Shown here one piece after another: positions 28,978-39,271 of a DNA stretch of 64,000 nt (within the stretch, counting starts at the first letter, position 1; each line of letters starts with the position of its first letter). A model generated the notes under the pieces. It ran no database searches. It was not told the origin of the DNA and saw only the letters and a program-made list of their open reading frames with translations. The stretch is from Acidimicrobiaceae bacterium (lineage in GTDB: Bacteria; Actinomycetota; Acidimicrobiia; Acidimicrobiales; Bog-793): contig PLPK01000018.1 in the NCBI GenBank assembly GCA_003159795.1, positions 1,394 to 65,393 of the forward strand, read 5' to 3'. The position numbers and the translations under genes were made by a program.

Positions 28978-30258
28978 TTAGTCCTGCGACTCCCGTACGA
29001 GCGCCGCGAAGCGGCTGATGCCCTCGGCGAGGTCGTCGTCGGAGAGCGCGTACGAGAAGCGGGCGTAGCCGGGGGCGCCGAACGCCTCTCCCGGAACGAA
29101 GGCGACGTTCACCTCGTCGAGCACGAGCTCGGCGAGCTCGAGGGTCGTCGCCGCTCGACGCCCGTGGAGGTCGCGCCCAAGCACGCCGGCGAGCGAGGGG
29201 AAGGCGTAGAAGGCCCCCCGCGGGTTCGTGCACGTGACGCCGGGGATCTCGTTCAACATGCGGTGGATCGTCCGGCGCCGGCGGTCGAAGGCGGTGTGCA
29301 TCGCCTGGACCGAGGTCATGTCGCCCGAGAGCGCGGCGAGCGCCGCGAACTGGGCGACGTTATTAACGTTCGAAGTCTCCTGGCTCTGCAGGTTCGTCGC
29401 CGCGGCGACGATCTCTCGCGGCCCGATCATCCAGCCGACCCGCCAGCCGGTCATCGCGAACGTCTTCGACACGCCGTTCACCACGACACAGCGGTCGGCG
29501 AGCTCGGGCAGGACGACCGGCATCGAGTGCCGCTCGGCGCCGTCGTAGACGAGGTGCTCGTAGATCTCGTCGGTGACCACCCACCAGCCCCGCTCGGCGA
29601 CGAGTCGGCCGATCTCGGCCATGGCGGGCCGCGGGTAGACGGTCCCGGTCGGGTTCGAGGGCGAGGCGAAGAGCAGCACCTTGGTGCGCTGGCTGGCGTG
29701 TTCCTCGAGCCGCTCCGGCGTCACCATGAAGTCGGTCGACTCGTCGGTCGGCACAATGACCGGCACCCCTCCCGACAGCTGCGCCGACTCGGGGTAGGTC
29801 GTCCAGTACGGGGCGATGATGAGGACCTCGTCACCCGGGTCGAGGAGGGTCGCGAAGGCGTTCGCCAGGGCGTGCTTGGCGCCGTTGGTGACGAGCACCT
29901 GCGCGGCGGTGACCTCGAGTCCGGAGTCGCGCCGGGTCTTGGCGGCGATCGCCTCGCGCAGAGCCGGCAGGCCGGCCGTCGGCGTGTAGTGGTGGCTCTT
30001 GGGATCGCGGCAGGCGGCGATGGCGGCCTCGACGATGGCGGCGGGCGTCGGGAAGTCGGGCTCGCCCGCGCCGAAGCTGATGACGTCGATCCCCGCCTCT
30101 TGCAGGGCTTTCGCCTTGGCGTCGATGACTAGCGTGGCCGACGCTTCAACGCCGGCAATACGCCGGGACACGCCCGGCGGGCTGCCCGCCGCGCGGCTGG
30201 CGGCGCCAACCGGGCTGTTTCCGGGCGCGAAGTGGGGACCGGCGCTCATTGCTGTCAT
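28978..30258 (-). CDS. Pyridoxal-phosphate-dependent aminotransferase, class I (aspartate aminotransferase-like).
   Basis: The motifs [18 protein letters not shown] and [12 protein letters not shown] (PLP lysine) are present. The listed 779-aa ORF is trimmed to ATG at 30258, because its upstream part is antisense to serC. Confidence 0.88.
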   Translation of the reverse strand: MTAMSAGPHFAPGNSPVGAASRAAGSPPGVSRRIAGVEASATLVIDAKAKALQEAGIDVISFGAGEPDFPTPAAIVEAAIAACRDPKSHHYTPTAGLPALREAIAAKTRRDSGLEVTAAQVLVTNGAKHALANAFATLLDPGDEVLIIAPYWTTYPESAQLSGGVPVIVPTDESTDFMVTPERLEEHASQRTKVLLFASPSNPTGTVYPRPAMAEIGRLVAERGWWVVTDEIYEHLVYDGAERHSMPVVLPELADRCVVVNGVSKTFAMTGWRVGWMIGPREIVAAATNLQSQETSNVNNVAQFAALAALSGDMTSVQAMHTAFDRRRRTIHRMLNEIPGVTCTNPRGAFYAFPSLAGVLGRDLHGRRAATTLELAELVLDEVNVAFVPGEAFGAPGYARFSYALSDDDLAEGISRFAALVRESQD

Positions 30259-30324
30259 GCTTGCACAGTCTGCTGCGAAGCGGCACCTCCGCCAAAAGCG
30301 GATCATCCACGAAAGAGAGGCTCC

Positions 30325-31452
30325 GTGTCCACGCCCGAGATCCCGAGATCGATGCTCCCGTCCGACGGCCGGTTCGGCTCGGGACCGTCCAAGGTCCGCG
30401 CCGCCGGGTTCGCCTCGCTCGCCGCGGTCGCGCCGGGCTACCTCGGGACCTCGCACCGCCGCGCCGGCGTGCGCGACGTCGTCGGACGGGTGCGGCAGGG
30501 CCTCGCCGAGCTGTTCGGGCTGCCCGACGACTACGAGATCGTGCTCGGCAACGGCGGCACGACGGCGTTCTTCGACCTGGCGACGTTCTGCCTCATCGAG
30601 AACCGCAGCCAGCACTGTTCGTTTGGCGAATTCTCGGCCCGTTTCGCCGCCGCGGTCAAGGCCGCGCCCCACCTCGCCGAGCCGGAGATCCTGCTCGCCG
30701 AGGCCGGCAGGTGCTGCGCGCCCGTCGCGAATGACGCCGTCGACACCTACGCGCTCATCCACAATGAGACCTCGACCGGCGTGGCGATGCCGGTCACCCG
30801 TCCCCGCCACGACGACGGGACCGTCGCCGCCGGCCTCGTGATCGTCGACGCGACGTCCGCCGCCGGCTGCCTCGCGGTGGACCTGGCCGAGTGTGACGCC
30901 TACTACTTCGCACCTCAGAAGGGCTTCGGCGCCGAGGGCGGGCTGTGGCTCGCGGCCTGCTCCCCCGCCGCGCTCGAGCGCAGCGCACGGCTCCGCACCG
31001 CGGGCCGCTGGGTGCCGCCGACCCTCGACCTGGGCGTCGCCGCCGAGAACTCCCGGCTCAACCAGACCTACAACACGCCGGCGCTCGCGACGCTCTGGCT
31101 CCTCGCCGAGCAGGTCGAGTGGATGAACGCCCAGGGCGGGCTCGCCTGGGCCGTCGCGCGTTGCGACACCTCGGCGGCGATCGTCTACGGCTGGGCCGAG
31201 GACTCGAGCTGGGCGACCCCGTTCGTCACCGCCAGCGCGGACCGCAGCCACTCGGTCGCGACGATCGACTTTGCCGAAGGTGTCGACGCGGCCGCCATCG
31301 CGGCGACGCTGCGGCACAACGGCATCGTCGACGTCGAGCCCTACCGCAAGCTCGGCCGCAACCAGCTGCGGATCGCGCTCTTCCCCGCCATCGAGCCGGC
31401 CGACATCGAGGCCCTGACGGCCTGCATCGATTGGGTGGTCGGGCAGCTCTAG
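30325..31452 (+). CDS. serC: Phosphoserine aminotransferase (actinobacterial SerC type).
   Basis: The N-terminal signature [14 protein letters not shown] is present. The GTG at 30325 follows GAAAGAGAGG. It is divergent from the aminotransferase gene, with a 66-bp spacer. Confidence 0.88.
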   Translation: MSTPEIPRSMLPSDGRFGSGPSKVRAAGFASLAAVAPGYLGTSHRRAGVRDVVGRVRQGLAELFGLPDDYEIVLGNGGTTAFFDLATFCLIENRSQHCSFGEFSARFAAAVKAAPHLAEPEILLAEAGRCCAPVANDAVDTYALIHNETSTGVAMPVTRPRHDDGTVAAGLVIVDATSAAGCLAVDLAECDAYYFAPQKGFGAEGGLWLAACSPAALERSARLRTAGRWVPPTLDLGVAAENSRLNQTYNTPALATLWLLAEQVEWMNAQGGLAWAVARCDTSAAIVYGWAEDSSWATPFVTASADRSHSVATIDFAEGVDAAAIAATLRHNGIVDVEPYRKLGRNQLRIALFPAIEPADIEALTACIDWVVGQL

Positions 31453-31461
31453 GGCCGGCGC

Positions 31462-32487
31462 CTACCCCCCCGAGACGTCCTCGAAGCGCTGGCGGCCCGC
31501 CGCGATGAACGACATCATCGCCCGCAGCTCGGCGCCGACGGCCTCGATCTGGTGGGCACGGCCCTTCTCGCGGAGCTCCTGGTAGAGCGGCCGGCCGCGC
31601 TCGTTCTCGGCGATCCACTCGGCGGCGAAGCGTCCATCCTGGATCTCGTCAAGGATCTTGCGCATCTCGGCGCGCACGGCGTCGTTGATGATGCGGGGGC
31701 CCCTCGTCAGGTCCCCGTACTCGGCGGTGTCCGAGACGCTGAAGCGCATCCCCGAGATGCCCTGCTCGTACATCAAGTCGACGATCAGCTTCATCTCGTG
31801 CAGGCACTCGAAATAGGCCGATTCGGGCTGGTAGCCCGCCGCGACGAGCGTCTCGAAGGCGGCCGTGGCGAGCGCGGTCAGGCCGCCGCACAGCACGACC
31901 TGCTCGCCGAACAGGTCGGTCTCGGTCTCCTCGGTGAAGGTCGTCTCGAGCACCCCGGCCCGGGTCGCGCCGAGCGCGTCGGCGTAGGCCAGCGCCAATG
32001 CCCTGGCCCCGCCCGACGGGTCCTGGGCCACGGCGACGAGCGCCGGCACGCCGCCCCCCTCGGTGTAGGTCCGCCGGACGAGGTGCCCGGGGCCCTTCGG
32101 CGCGACCATCGCCACGTCGACCTCCGGTGGCGGGGTGATCGTCGCGAAACGGATGTTGAAGCCGTGGGCGAACAGCAGCGCGTCCCCCCGGTTGAGGTGC
32201 GACGCCATCTCGGCCGCGTAGACCTTCGGCTGCTCGGTGTCCGGCAGCAGGACCATCACGACGTCCGCCTCGGCGGTCGCCTCGCCGATGCCGAGGACGC
32301 GCAGCCCTGCGTCCTCGGCCTTCTGGCGGGACGACGAGCCAGGCCGGAGCCCGACCCGGACGTCGACCCCCGAGTCGCGCAGGTTGAGGGCGTGGGCGTG
32401 CCCCTGGGAGCCGTAGCCGAGGATGGCTACCTTGCGACCGGTGATCGCTCCCCGGTCGACGTCCGATTCGTAGAAGAGCTTCGCCAT
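31462..32487 (-). CDS. ilvC: Ketol-acid reductoisomerase.
   Basis: The N-terminus [11 protein letters not shown]...[22 protein letters not shown] and the class I KARI length (341 aa) fit IlvC. Confidence 0.96.
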   Translation of the reverse strand: MAKLFYESDVDRGAITGRKVAILGYGSQGHAHALNLRDSGVDVRVGLRPGSSSRQKAEDAGLRVLGIGEATAEADVVMVLLPDTEQPKVYAAEMASHLNRGDALLFAHGFNIRFATITPPPEVDVAMVAPKGPGHLVRRTYTEGGGVPALVAVAQDPSGGARALALAYADALGATRAGVLETTFTEETETDLFGEQVVLCGGLTALATAAFETLVAAGYQPESAYFECLHEMKLIVDLMYEQGISGMRFSVSDTAEYGDLTRGPRIINDAVRAEMRKILDEIQDGRFAAEWIAENERGRPLYQELREKGRAHQIEAVGAELRAMMSFIAAGRQRFEDVSGG

Positions 32488-32551
32488 CGCTACCTCGCTT
32501 CTTCTCGTCGCGCCGCGAGCGCTCGCGCCGGCGCAGCCGGCTGGGCGCCCG

Positions 32552-33070
32552 TCACGTCGCCGGGCTCAGTGTAGGAAGGCCGATCCGCCCGGTGCGCTGA
32601 ATCTCGAGGATCCCGTAGCGCCCGAGCCCCGCCTCAAACTCGTCGAGCGGCCCGGTCTCGCCGACGAGCATGATCATCGTCGCCTTGGGGCTCTCCTCGA
32701 CCACCTGGGCGCCGAAGCGCCCGATCAGCTCGACGAGGCCGGGCTCGCCGGACCGGGGGACGCCGACGGTCACGAGGAGGAGCTCGGCCTCCCTTGCGTC
32801 ACCGGGGTCCAGCTCACTGATCTCGACGACGTTGATCAGCTTGTGCAGCTGGTCGACGATCTGGCGGAGCGGTGCCGACTCGACGTCGACGACGATCGAG
32901 ATCCGGCTGAACCGCTCGTCCTGGGTCGGCGCGACCACGAGCGAAAAGATGTTGAAGCCCCGCCTCGCGAACAGTCCTGCGACCCGGGCGAGCACGCCCG
33001 CCCGGTTCTCTACGCGCACCGAGAGCAGGTGGTAACGCGGTCTGCCGTTGCCGCCCGTGGCGGGGCTCAC
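32552..33070 (-). CDS. ilvN: Acetolactate synthase small (regulatory) subunit.
   Basis: The ACT-domain start [28 protein letters not shown] is present. Its start overlaps the ilvB stop. Confidence 0.94.
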   Translation of the reverse strand: MSPATGGNGRPRYHLLSVRVENRAGVLARVAGLFARRGFNIFSLVVAPTQDERFSRISIVVDVESAPLRQIVDQLHKLINVVEISELDPGDAREAELLLVTVGVPRSGEPGLVELIGRFGAQVVEESPKATMIMLVGETGPLDEFEAGLGRYGILEIQRTGRIGLPTLSPAT

Positions 33071-34785
33071 TGGGCTGGCTCCGTCTGGCTCGGATGGAGG
33101 ACGATGTCGTCGTTCGACATGCCCGCCGGGACGATCGGGTAGACGTGCTCAGCCGGGTCCGTGCGAAAGTCGATGACGACCGAGCGGTCCTCGATCTCGT
33201 TCGCCTTCTCGATCGCCGGCCGCACCTCCTCGGGCGAGGTCACCCGCAGGCCGACGGCTCCCATCGACTCCGCCCAGCCGACGTAGTCCGGCAGGTCGGG
33301 CGACAGGTACACCGAGGAGTAGCGCTCCTCGTAGAACATGTGCTGCCACTGGCGCACCATGCCCAGGTACGAATTGTTCAGGATGGCGATCTTCACGGGG
33401 ATGTGCTCCATCGACATCGTGACGAGCTCCTGGGCGGTCATCTGGAAGCAGCCATCGCCGTCGATCGCCCAGACCATCCGGTCCGGCCGCCCGACCTTGG
33501 CGCCCATCGCCGCCGGCACGCCGAAGCCCATCGTGCCGAGGCCGCCGGAGTTGATCCAGGTGCGCGGCTGCTCGAAGCGCCAGAACTGCGACGCCCACAT
33601 CTGGTGCTGGCCGACCCCGGAGACGAGGATCGCGTCGTCGGGCGTCGCCGCCCGCAGCTGCTCCACGACGAACTGCGGCTTGATCGTCGTCCCGTCACCG
33701 GCGTCGTACGTGTAGGGGAACCGTGCCTGCCACTCGGCGAGTTGGCCCATCCAGGGGGCGAGCCGCGCCGCCTCGAGCGGTCCGCCCTCGGCGAGCGCCT
33801 CGACGAGCGCCTCGATCGCGAGGCGGCAGTCGGCCACGACGGCGACGTCGGGCCGCCGCACCTTGCCGATCTCGGCGGGGTCGATGTCGACGTGGATGAC
33901 GAGCGCCTCGGGCGCGAACGCCGATACCTTGCCCGTCACCCGGTCATCGAAACGGGCGCCCAGGGCGATGAGCAGGTCCGATCGCTGCATCGCCGTCACG
34001 GCCGTGTAGTTGCCGTGCATGCCCGGCATGCCGAGGCAGCGCGGGTCGGAGTCGGGGAAGATTCCCCGCGCCATCAGCGTCGTCACGACCGGCATCCCCG
34101 TCGCCTCGACGAGCGCGGCGAGCGCCCGGCTTCCCTCCGACTTCACGACGCCACCCCCCACGTAGAGGACGGGACGGCGGGCCGCCCGGATCAGCTCGAC
34201 CGCCCGGTGGATCGCCTCGGGGTCGGGTTCGGCCGGCGGCGAGTACCCCGGCAGGTCGACCCTGCCGGCCGAATGCCACTCGACCCTCTGGTTGGCGACG
34301 TCCTTCGGGAAGTCGATCAGCACCGGGCCGGGACGCCCGGTCGTCGCAATGTGGAACGCCTCGGCGACGATCCGCGGGATCTCGGCGACGTCCTTGACGA
34401 GGTAGTTGTGCTTGGTCACCCCCATCGTGACGCCTGTCGTGTCGACCTCCTGGAAGGCGTCCGTGCCGATCGCGCCGGCGGCGACCTGTCCGGCGACGAC
34501 GACGAGGGGCACCGAGTCCATGTAGGCGTCGGCGACCGGCGTGACGATGTTCGTCGCGCCCGGGCCGGAGGTGACGATGGCGACGCCGGGCCGGCCGGTC
34601 GCGTCGGCGTAGCCCTCGGCCGCGTGCCCGGCGCCCTGCTCGTGCCGGACGTGGATGTGCCGGATCGACGAGTCGAGGATCGGGTCGTAGACGGGAAGGA
34701 TGGCGCCCCCCGGCAGGCCGAAGGCGACCTCGACCCCCTGCTCCTCGAGGCTCTTGATCAGGGCCTGTGCTCCAGTCACTTCCAC
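33067..34785 (-). CDS. ilvB: Acetolactate synthase large (catalytic) subunit.
   Basis: The ThDP-enzyme motifs GLPGGAILPVYD and GLGTMGFGVPAAMGAK are present. The GTG at 34785 is preceded by AGGAGAG. Confidence 0.96.
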   Translation of the reverse strand: MEVTGAQALIKSLEEQGVEVAFGLPGGAILPVYDPILDSSIRHIHVRHEQGAGHAAEGYADATGRPGVAIVTSGPGATNIVTPVADAYMDSVPLVVVAGQVAAGAIGTDAFQEVDTTGVTMGVTKHNYLVKDVAEIPRIVAEAFHIATTGRPGPVLIDFPKDVANQRVEWHSAGRVDLPGYSPPAEPDPEAIHRAVELIRAARRPVLYVGGGVVKSEGSRALAALVEATGMPVVTTLMARGIFPDSDPRCLGMPGMHGNYTAVTAMQRSDLLIALGARFDDRVTGKVSAFAPEALVIHVDIDPAEIGKVRRPDVAVVADCRLAIEALVEALAEGGPLEAARLAPWMGQLAEWQARFPYTYDAGDGTTIKPQFVVEQLRAATPDDAILVSGVGQHQMWASQFWRFEQPRTWINSGGLGTMGFGVPAAMGAKVGRPDRMVWAIDGDGCFQMTAQELVTMSMEHIPVKIAILNNSYLGMVRQWQHMFYEERYSSVYLSPDLPDYVGWAESMGAVGLRVTSPEEVRPAIEKANEIEDRSVVIDFRTDPAEHVYPIVPAGMSNDDIVLHPSQTEPAQ

Positions 34786-34858
34786 TGTTCTCTCCTATCC
34801 ACCGGGTCTTTGGGGCCTGTCACCCGGAACCGATCGCTCTGGCGACTTCACGCCGAGT

Positions 34859-34885
34859 ACAAAACGACCTCCCTTTCGGGAGGCC
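34859..34885 (-). terminator. Intrinsic terminator/attenuator hairpin in the ilvB leader.
   Basis: The minus strand reads GGCCTCCCGAAAGGGAGGTCGTTTTGT. It forms an 8-bp stem with a GAAA tetraloop followed by a T-rich tract, ~75 nt upstream of the ilvB start. Confidence 0.65.
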
Positions 34886-34918
34886 GGGAAGCGCACGGAC
34901 GGCGAGGACCGCCGCGCG

Positions 34919-34969
34919 CTATTCAAGGACTACGAGGTTCGACAGGCTCTGCGGCTCTTTCGTCATCAT
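34919..34969 (-). CDS. Candidate ilvB leader peptide, MMTKEPQSLSNLVVLE (16 aa).
   Basis: This short ORF lies immediately upstream of the terminator hairpin. It ends in a run of branched-chain codons (L-S-N-L-V-V-L), as expected for ilvB attenuation leaders. Confidence 0.45.
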   Translation of the reverse strand: MMTKEPQSLSNLVVLE

Positions 34970-34973
34970 GACG

Positions 34974-35002
34974 AGTCTGCCAGCCGGGCCCGGGATCGGC
35001 AA
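34974..35002 (-). promoter_or_regulatory. Putative promoter of the ilvB leader.
   Basis: On the minus strand: TTGCCG (35002-34997), a 17-nt spacer, then CAGACT (34979-34974). The leader ATGATG begins 4 nt after the -10, which suggests a leaderless leader transcript. Confidence 0.3.
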
Positions 35003-35367
35003 ACCGGCGCCTCGGACATGGGCGGGTGCGCCGCTCGCGGCAGCAATCACTTGACGCTGCGAGGACCAGATGGCGCCGCACCCATCCGGCGTTCAGGGCC
35101 GCTGAGCGCGCGGGGGTATCGGGAAACCTCACCGCGTCGCGTCCGTGTGGGCAGAGATCGATCGGGCGGACTGGCGATATGGCTCGTCGGTCGAGACCGG
35201 GTGTCCTCGCCGATGTTTCAGCCAATACCCCGAGCGCGGTCGACTGCGGTGCACTGCGCACACCCGAGGGATTCCCGGCTCGCCGGATGCCTCCGAATCG
35301 ACTGGCCGTCGAGGTGTTCCTCCGGGATGTCAACGAAGGTAGCGACGTACGTTCTTGTCCCTGGCGA

Positions 35368-35396
35368 TTGTTGTCCAAAAAAAGAGGCTGTAGCGT
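35368..35396 (+). promoter_or_regulatory. Putative promoter of the beta-helix protein gene.
   Basis: The element reads TTGTTG, a 17-nt A-rich spacer, then TAGCGT. It sits in the only locally AT-rich stretch, ~45 nt upstream of the ATG at 35445. Confidence 0.3.
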
Positions 35397-35444
35397 TCCG
35401 AGCCGGCGTCATTGTGGGAGTGAACGACCGGGCGGAGGTGCTTC

Positions 35445-37496
35445 ATGCAACGACTCGTCTACCGAACAGGGTGTCATCTCTTTGCCCGTAGGGGCTTTGG
35501 TTCGACGGGCTTCGTGCGCCTTTCCATGGCAGCAGCCATCGTTGTGGGCGGGTTCCTTGTGGCCGGCGTCAATCTCCTTGGTGCGGCCCCCGCTACTGCC
35601 GCGAGTACCACCTGGTACGCGTACGCCTTGGGGGAGGCGAGCTCTCCGACGAGCTGCCCCGAGACCACCACGACAAGCGACGAATGCACGCTCACCCAGG
35701 CATTGGGCCTTGCCATCGCCGGCGACACCGTCGCCCTCGCCACTTCGGGGGCCGAGGGCACCCCCGCCACCTACTACGTAGGTAACTTCACCGTTGCCAC
35801 GGGGACCTCCGGCTCCCCACTCACCGTCGAGCCGGCCTCAGGAGTGACCGACCCGATCCTGGACGGGAACAGCGGATCTTCCAGCGGTTGTCCCACCACC
35901 GTCTGTGACGGCCCAGTGCTCACCATCTTCAGCGGCCGCTACGTCACGATCGAGAACATCACGATCCAAGATGCCGACAACACAGCCACCAGCAGCGGTG
36001 GCGGGATCTTCAGTAACGGCACCGCCACGCTGACCAACGACACCTTCTCGGAGGATTCGGTCGACGACTACGGCGCCGGGTTCTACAACAACGGCACCGC
36101 CACCTTGACCGGCGACACCTTCTCGGGCGATTCGGCTGGCTACTACGGCGGCGGGGTCTTCAACACCGGCACCGTCACCCTGACTGGCGACACCCTCTCG
36201 AATGATTCGGCTGACGAGCACGGCGGTGGCGGGGTCTACAACGAGGGCACCGCCACCCTGTCCAACGACACCCTCTCGGTGGATTCGTCAACCACCGATG
36301 CCGGCGGCGGGGTCTACAACAACGGCGGCCACGTCACCTTGACCGACGACACCCTTTCGGGGGATTCGGCGTATACAAACGGCGGCGGGGTCTTCAACAC
36401 CGGCACCGCCACCCTTCTCGACGACACCCTCTCGGGGAATTCGGCTGTCTACGGTGGCGGGGTCTTCACCAGTGGCACCGCCACCCTGACCAACGACACC
36501 CTCTCGGGGGAATCGGCGACCTACGGTGGCGGCGTCTACAACAGCAACACCGCCACCCTGACCAACGACACCCTTTCGAAAGATACGGCGAACTACGGTG
36601 GCGGGGTCTACAACGAGGGCACCGCACCCTCCATCTCCAATTCCATCCTCGCTGCGTCCCCGTGCTGGGGCACCGTCACAGACGGTGGCTACAACGTCGA
36701 GTCCGACAACACCTGTGGCTTGGGCACAGACGACGTCGTGAGTAGCACGACGATCAAACTCGGCTCCTCGCTCGCCGCCAACGGTTCCACCGGCCCCGAG
36801 ACCCTTGCCATCGGGACCAACAGCTCCGCCTTTGAAGAGGTGCCGAACGCAGCGTGCACGCCCACAAAAGACGAGCGCGATGATACCCGCCCCGGTATCC
36901 CGGGCGAGAACTGCGATGCGGGTGCCTTCGAGTACCAACAGGGCACGCCCACCACACCGACGATCAGCAACCTCCCGACAAGTGCCACCTATGGCGGCGG
37001 CTTCACCGCGACCGTCTCGACGACCGGGGACGGGACGAAGTCGGTGACCTCCAACTCCAAAGGCGTTTGCTCGGTGAGCGGCTTCACCGTCTCCTACGTC
37101 GGGATCGGCACGTGCAGGCTCACCGCGCACGTCGCCCTGGGGACCGGCTACGCCGCCGCCAACGGGACTGCCCAGACCTTCTCGGTCGGTAGGGCCACCA
37201 CCAAGACCGTCCTCAAGCTGTCGGCGAAGAAGGTCACGTACGGGCACGAGCAGGCCGAGCACCTGTCGGTCACGGTTTCCCCGCAGCACCCCGGCACGAC
37301 GCCGACCGGGAGTGTCACGGTCAAGACCCCGACAGGAGCGCTGTGTGCGATCACGCTCTCGTCCGGCAAGGGGTTGTACGCGCTCTCAGCCAAGCGGCTC
37401 AAGGTGGGCACCTATCACCTCGTCGCCACCTACGGGGGCAGCTCGAAGTTCGCGAGCTCGGCCTCAGCCACGGGGACGCTCACCATCGTCAAGTGA
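35445..37496 (+). CDS. Secreted right-handed beta-helix repeat protein (polymorphic-membrane-protein-like / choice-of-anchor-Q-like) with C-terminal Ig-like domains.
   Basis: A signal-like N-terminus is present (FVRLSMAAAIVVGGFLVAGVNLLGAAPATAAS). Nine repeats of 24-26 aa follow the pattern GGGV[FY]N.GTATLTNDTLS.DSA. The hallmark DERDDTRPG...CDAGAFEY follows, then two Ig-like modules (VGTYHLVATYGGSSKFASSAS). A strong SD (GGAGGTG) precedes the ATG. By eye its GC is lower than that of the flanking ilv genes. Confidence 0.8.
   Translation: MQRLVYRTGCHLFARRGFGSTGFVRLSMAAAIVVGGFLVAGVNLLGAAPATAASTTWYAYALGEASSPTSCPETTTTSDECTLTQALGLAIAGDTVALATSGAEGTPATYYVGNFTVATGTSGSPLTVEPASGVTDPILDGNSGSSSGCPTTVCDGPVLTIFSGRYVTIENITIQDADNTATSSGGGIFSNGTATLTNDTFSEDSVDDYGAGFYNNGTATLTGDTFSGDSAGYYGGGVFNTGTVTLTGDTLSNDSADEHGGGGVYNEGTATLSNDTLSVDSSTTDAGGGVYNNGGHVTLTDDTLSGDSAYTNGGGVFNTGTATLLDDTLSGNSAVYGGGVFTSGTATLTNDTLSGESATYGGGVYNSNTATLTNDTLSKDTANYGGGVYNEGTAPSISNSILAASPCWGTVTDGGYNVESDNTCGLGTDDVVSSTTIKLGSSLAANGSTGPETLAIGTNSSAFEEVPNAACTPTKDERDDTRPGIPGENCDAGAFEYQQGTPTTPTISNLPTSATYGGGFTATVSTTGDGTKSVTSNSKGVCSVSGFTVSYVGIGTCRLTAHVALGTGYAAANGTAQTFSVGRATTKTVLKLSAKKVTYGHEQAEHLSVTVSPQHPGTTPTGSVTVKTPTGALCAITLSSGKGLYALSAKRLKVGTYHLVATYGGSSKFASSASATGTLTIVK
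35997..36644 (+). repeat. In-frame tandem array of nine diverged 72-78-bp units encoding the beta-helix rungs.
   Basis: GGG-triplet rung starts fall at aa 185, 210, 235, 261, 287, 313, 337, 361 and 385 of the protein. DNA-level similarity between units is visible (ggcggggtcttcaacaccggcaccgccacc... recurs). Confidence 0.8.
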
Positions 37497-37526
37497 CAGC
37501 CCGCAAACTGTCCTTCGGCCGTGGAT

Positions 37527-39239
37527 TCAGGGCTCGGTGATCGCGCCGCGTTCGGCCCCGGCCACGAGAGTCGCGTACTTGGCGAGCACGCCGGTCGTGT
37601 AACGCGCCGGCGGCGGGCTCCACTTGGCTCGACGGCGGGCGAGCTCGTCCGTGCCGACTTCGAGTTCGACCGACCCCGTCGTCGCGTCGATCACGATGCG
37701 GTCGCCGTCGGCGACGAGGGCGATCGTCCCACCCGACGCGGCCTCGGGAGCGACGTGGCCGATGCAGAAGCCCTGGGTCCCGCCAGAGAAGCGCCCGTCG
37801 GTGACGAGGGCGCAGTCCTTGTCGCGGCCCACCCCGACGAGCGCCCCCGTGACCGAGAGCATCTCGGGCATCCCGGGGGCGCCCTTGGGGCCCTCGTAGC
37901 GGATGACGAGGACGGTCCCCGGCACGATCGAGCCGGAAAGGATCGCCTCCATCGCCGCGTCCTCGCCGTCAAAGACGCGGGCCGGGCCGGCGAAGCGGTC
38001 GATGTCGGCCCCGGCGATCTTCACCACGGCGCCCTCGGGCGCGAGGCTCCCGCGCAGCACGACGATGCCGCGGGCATGGATCGGCGCGGAGAACCCGTGC
38101 ACGACTGTTCCGTCGGGAGCCGGGGGCCTGTGGCGCGCGAGGTTCTCGGCGACCGTCCCCCCGGTCACCGTCAGGCAATCCCCGTGGACGAGGCCCTCGT
38201 CCAGGAGCAGCTGCATCACGACGGGCACGCCGCCGACCCGGTCGAGATCGACCATGTGGAACCTGCCGTGCGGCTTCATGTCGGCGAGGTGCGGCACGCG
38301 GGCACCCACCGCCTCGAAGTCGCTAAGCGAGAGCTCGACCTGCGCCTCGTTGGCGATCGCCAGTAGGTGCAGGACGGCGTTCGTCGAACCGCCGAGGGCC
38401 ATCGTCACGGCGATGGCGTTCTCGAAGGCCTGCTTGGTCATGATCTGGCGGGGACGGATGCCCTTCTCGAGCAGGCCCATGACAACCCGGCCCGACTCGT
38501 AGGCGATGTCGTCGCGGCGCGGGTCGATGGCGGGGGGCGTCGCCCCCCCGGGGAGCGCCATGCCGAGCGCCTCGGCGACCGAGGCCATCGTGTTGGCGGT
38601 GAACATCCCGGCGCACGACCCCTCGGTCGGGCAGGCGTGGGTCTCGATCTGGTGGAGGGTCTCGTCGTCGATGTCGCCCCGGGCGTGCGCCCCGACGGCC
38701 TCGAAGACGCTCGTGATATCGAGCGTGGCTCCCCGCCAGTGCCCGGGCAGGATCGTGCCGGCGTAGACGAAGACCATCGGCAGGTCGAGACGGGCCGCCG
38801 CCATGAGCATGCCAGGAAGGGACTTGTCGCAACCGGCCAGTCCCACGAAGGCGTCGAAGCGCTCGGCGTGCATCATCGTCTCGACCGAGTCGGCGATCAC
38901 CTCCCGGCTGACGAGCGAGGCCCGCATCCCCTCGTGCCCCATCGCGATCCCGTCGGAGACGGCGATCGTCACGAACTCGACCGGGACGCCGCCGGTGTCA
39001 CGTACCCCCTGCTTCGCCCGGCCCGCCAGGCGCTTGAGCGGCATGTTGCACGGCGTGACCTCGTTCCAGGTCGAGGCGATGGCGACCTGAGGGAGACGGA
39101 AGTCGCCGTCCGTCATCCCGGTGGCGCGCAGCATGGCGCGGGCCGCCGCGCGGCGCGGCCCCTCGGTGACGTCCTGGCTGTGGATCTTCAACGACTTCGC
39201 CGGATCGGCCGACGCGGGCGTCGCGTCTCTGGGGGTCAT
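37527..39239 (-). CDS. ilvD: Dihydroxy-acid dehydratase.
   Basis: The IlvD/Edd family motifs are present: [20 protein letters not shown] and [11 protein letters not shown]. Confidence 0.96.
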   Translation of the reverse strand: MTPRDATPASADPAKSLKIHSQDVTEGPRRAAARAMLRATGMTDGDFRLPQVAIASTWNEVTPCNMPLKRLAGRAKQGVRDTGGVPVEFVTIAVSDGIAMGHEGMRASLVSREVIADSVETMMHAERFDAFVGLAGCDKSLPGMLMAAARLDLPMVFVYAGTILPGHWRGATLDITSVFEAVGAHARGDIDDETLHQIETHACPTEGSCAGMFTANTMASVAEALGMALPGGATPPAIDPRRDDIAYESGRVVMGLLEKGIRPRQIMTKQAFENAIAVTMALGGSTNAVLHLLAIANEAQVELSLSDFEAVGARVPHLADMKPHGRFHMVDLDRVGGVPVVMQLLLDEGLVHGDCLTVTGGTVAENLARHRPPAPDGTVVHGFSAPIHARGIVVLRGSLAPEGAVVKIAGADIDRFAGPARVFDGEDAAMEAILSGSIVPGTVLVIRYEGPKGAPGMPEMLSVTGALVGVGRDKDCALVTDGRFSGGTQGFCIGHVAPEAASGGTIALVADGDRIVIDATTGSVELEVGTDELARRRAKWSPPPARYTTGVLAKYATLVAGAERGAITEP

Positions 39240-39271
39240 CGCGACACCTTAGGCAACGCACCCTTTGCCGG

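Noticed and set aside
28978-31317. A 779-aa minus-strand ORF that suggests a giant aminotransferase.
   Set aside because: Its N-terminal ~350 aa are Arg/Gly-rich junk antisense to serC. The aminotransferase homology begins at the internal ATG at 30258.
34998-35060. A GGCAAACC string followed by GC-rich stems, reminiscent of the c-di-GMP-I (GEMM) riboswitch core. This was tempting because a GGDEF-EAL gene lies in the window.
   Set aside because: The second conserved half (GGGACGCAAAGCC-type) is absent. The element would sit ~440 nt from the nearest + strand gene. The same bases are better explained as the -35 of the minus-strand ilvB leader promoter.
35293-35317. CCGAATCGACTGGCCGTCGAGG, which resembles part of the c-di-AMP (ydaO) riboswitch upstream of a secreted-protein gene.
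   Set aside because: I could not find the partner conserved blocks (ACGGGGGACCCA-type) in a convincing arrangement. By-eye similarity of one short block is not evidence. It is left as something for cmsearch to test.
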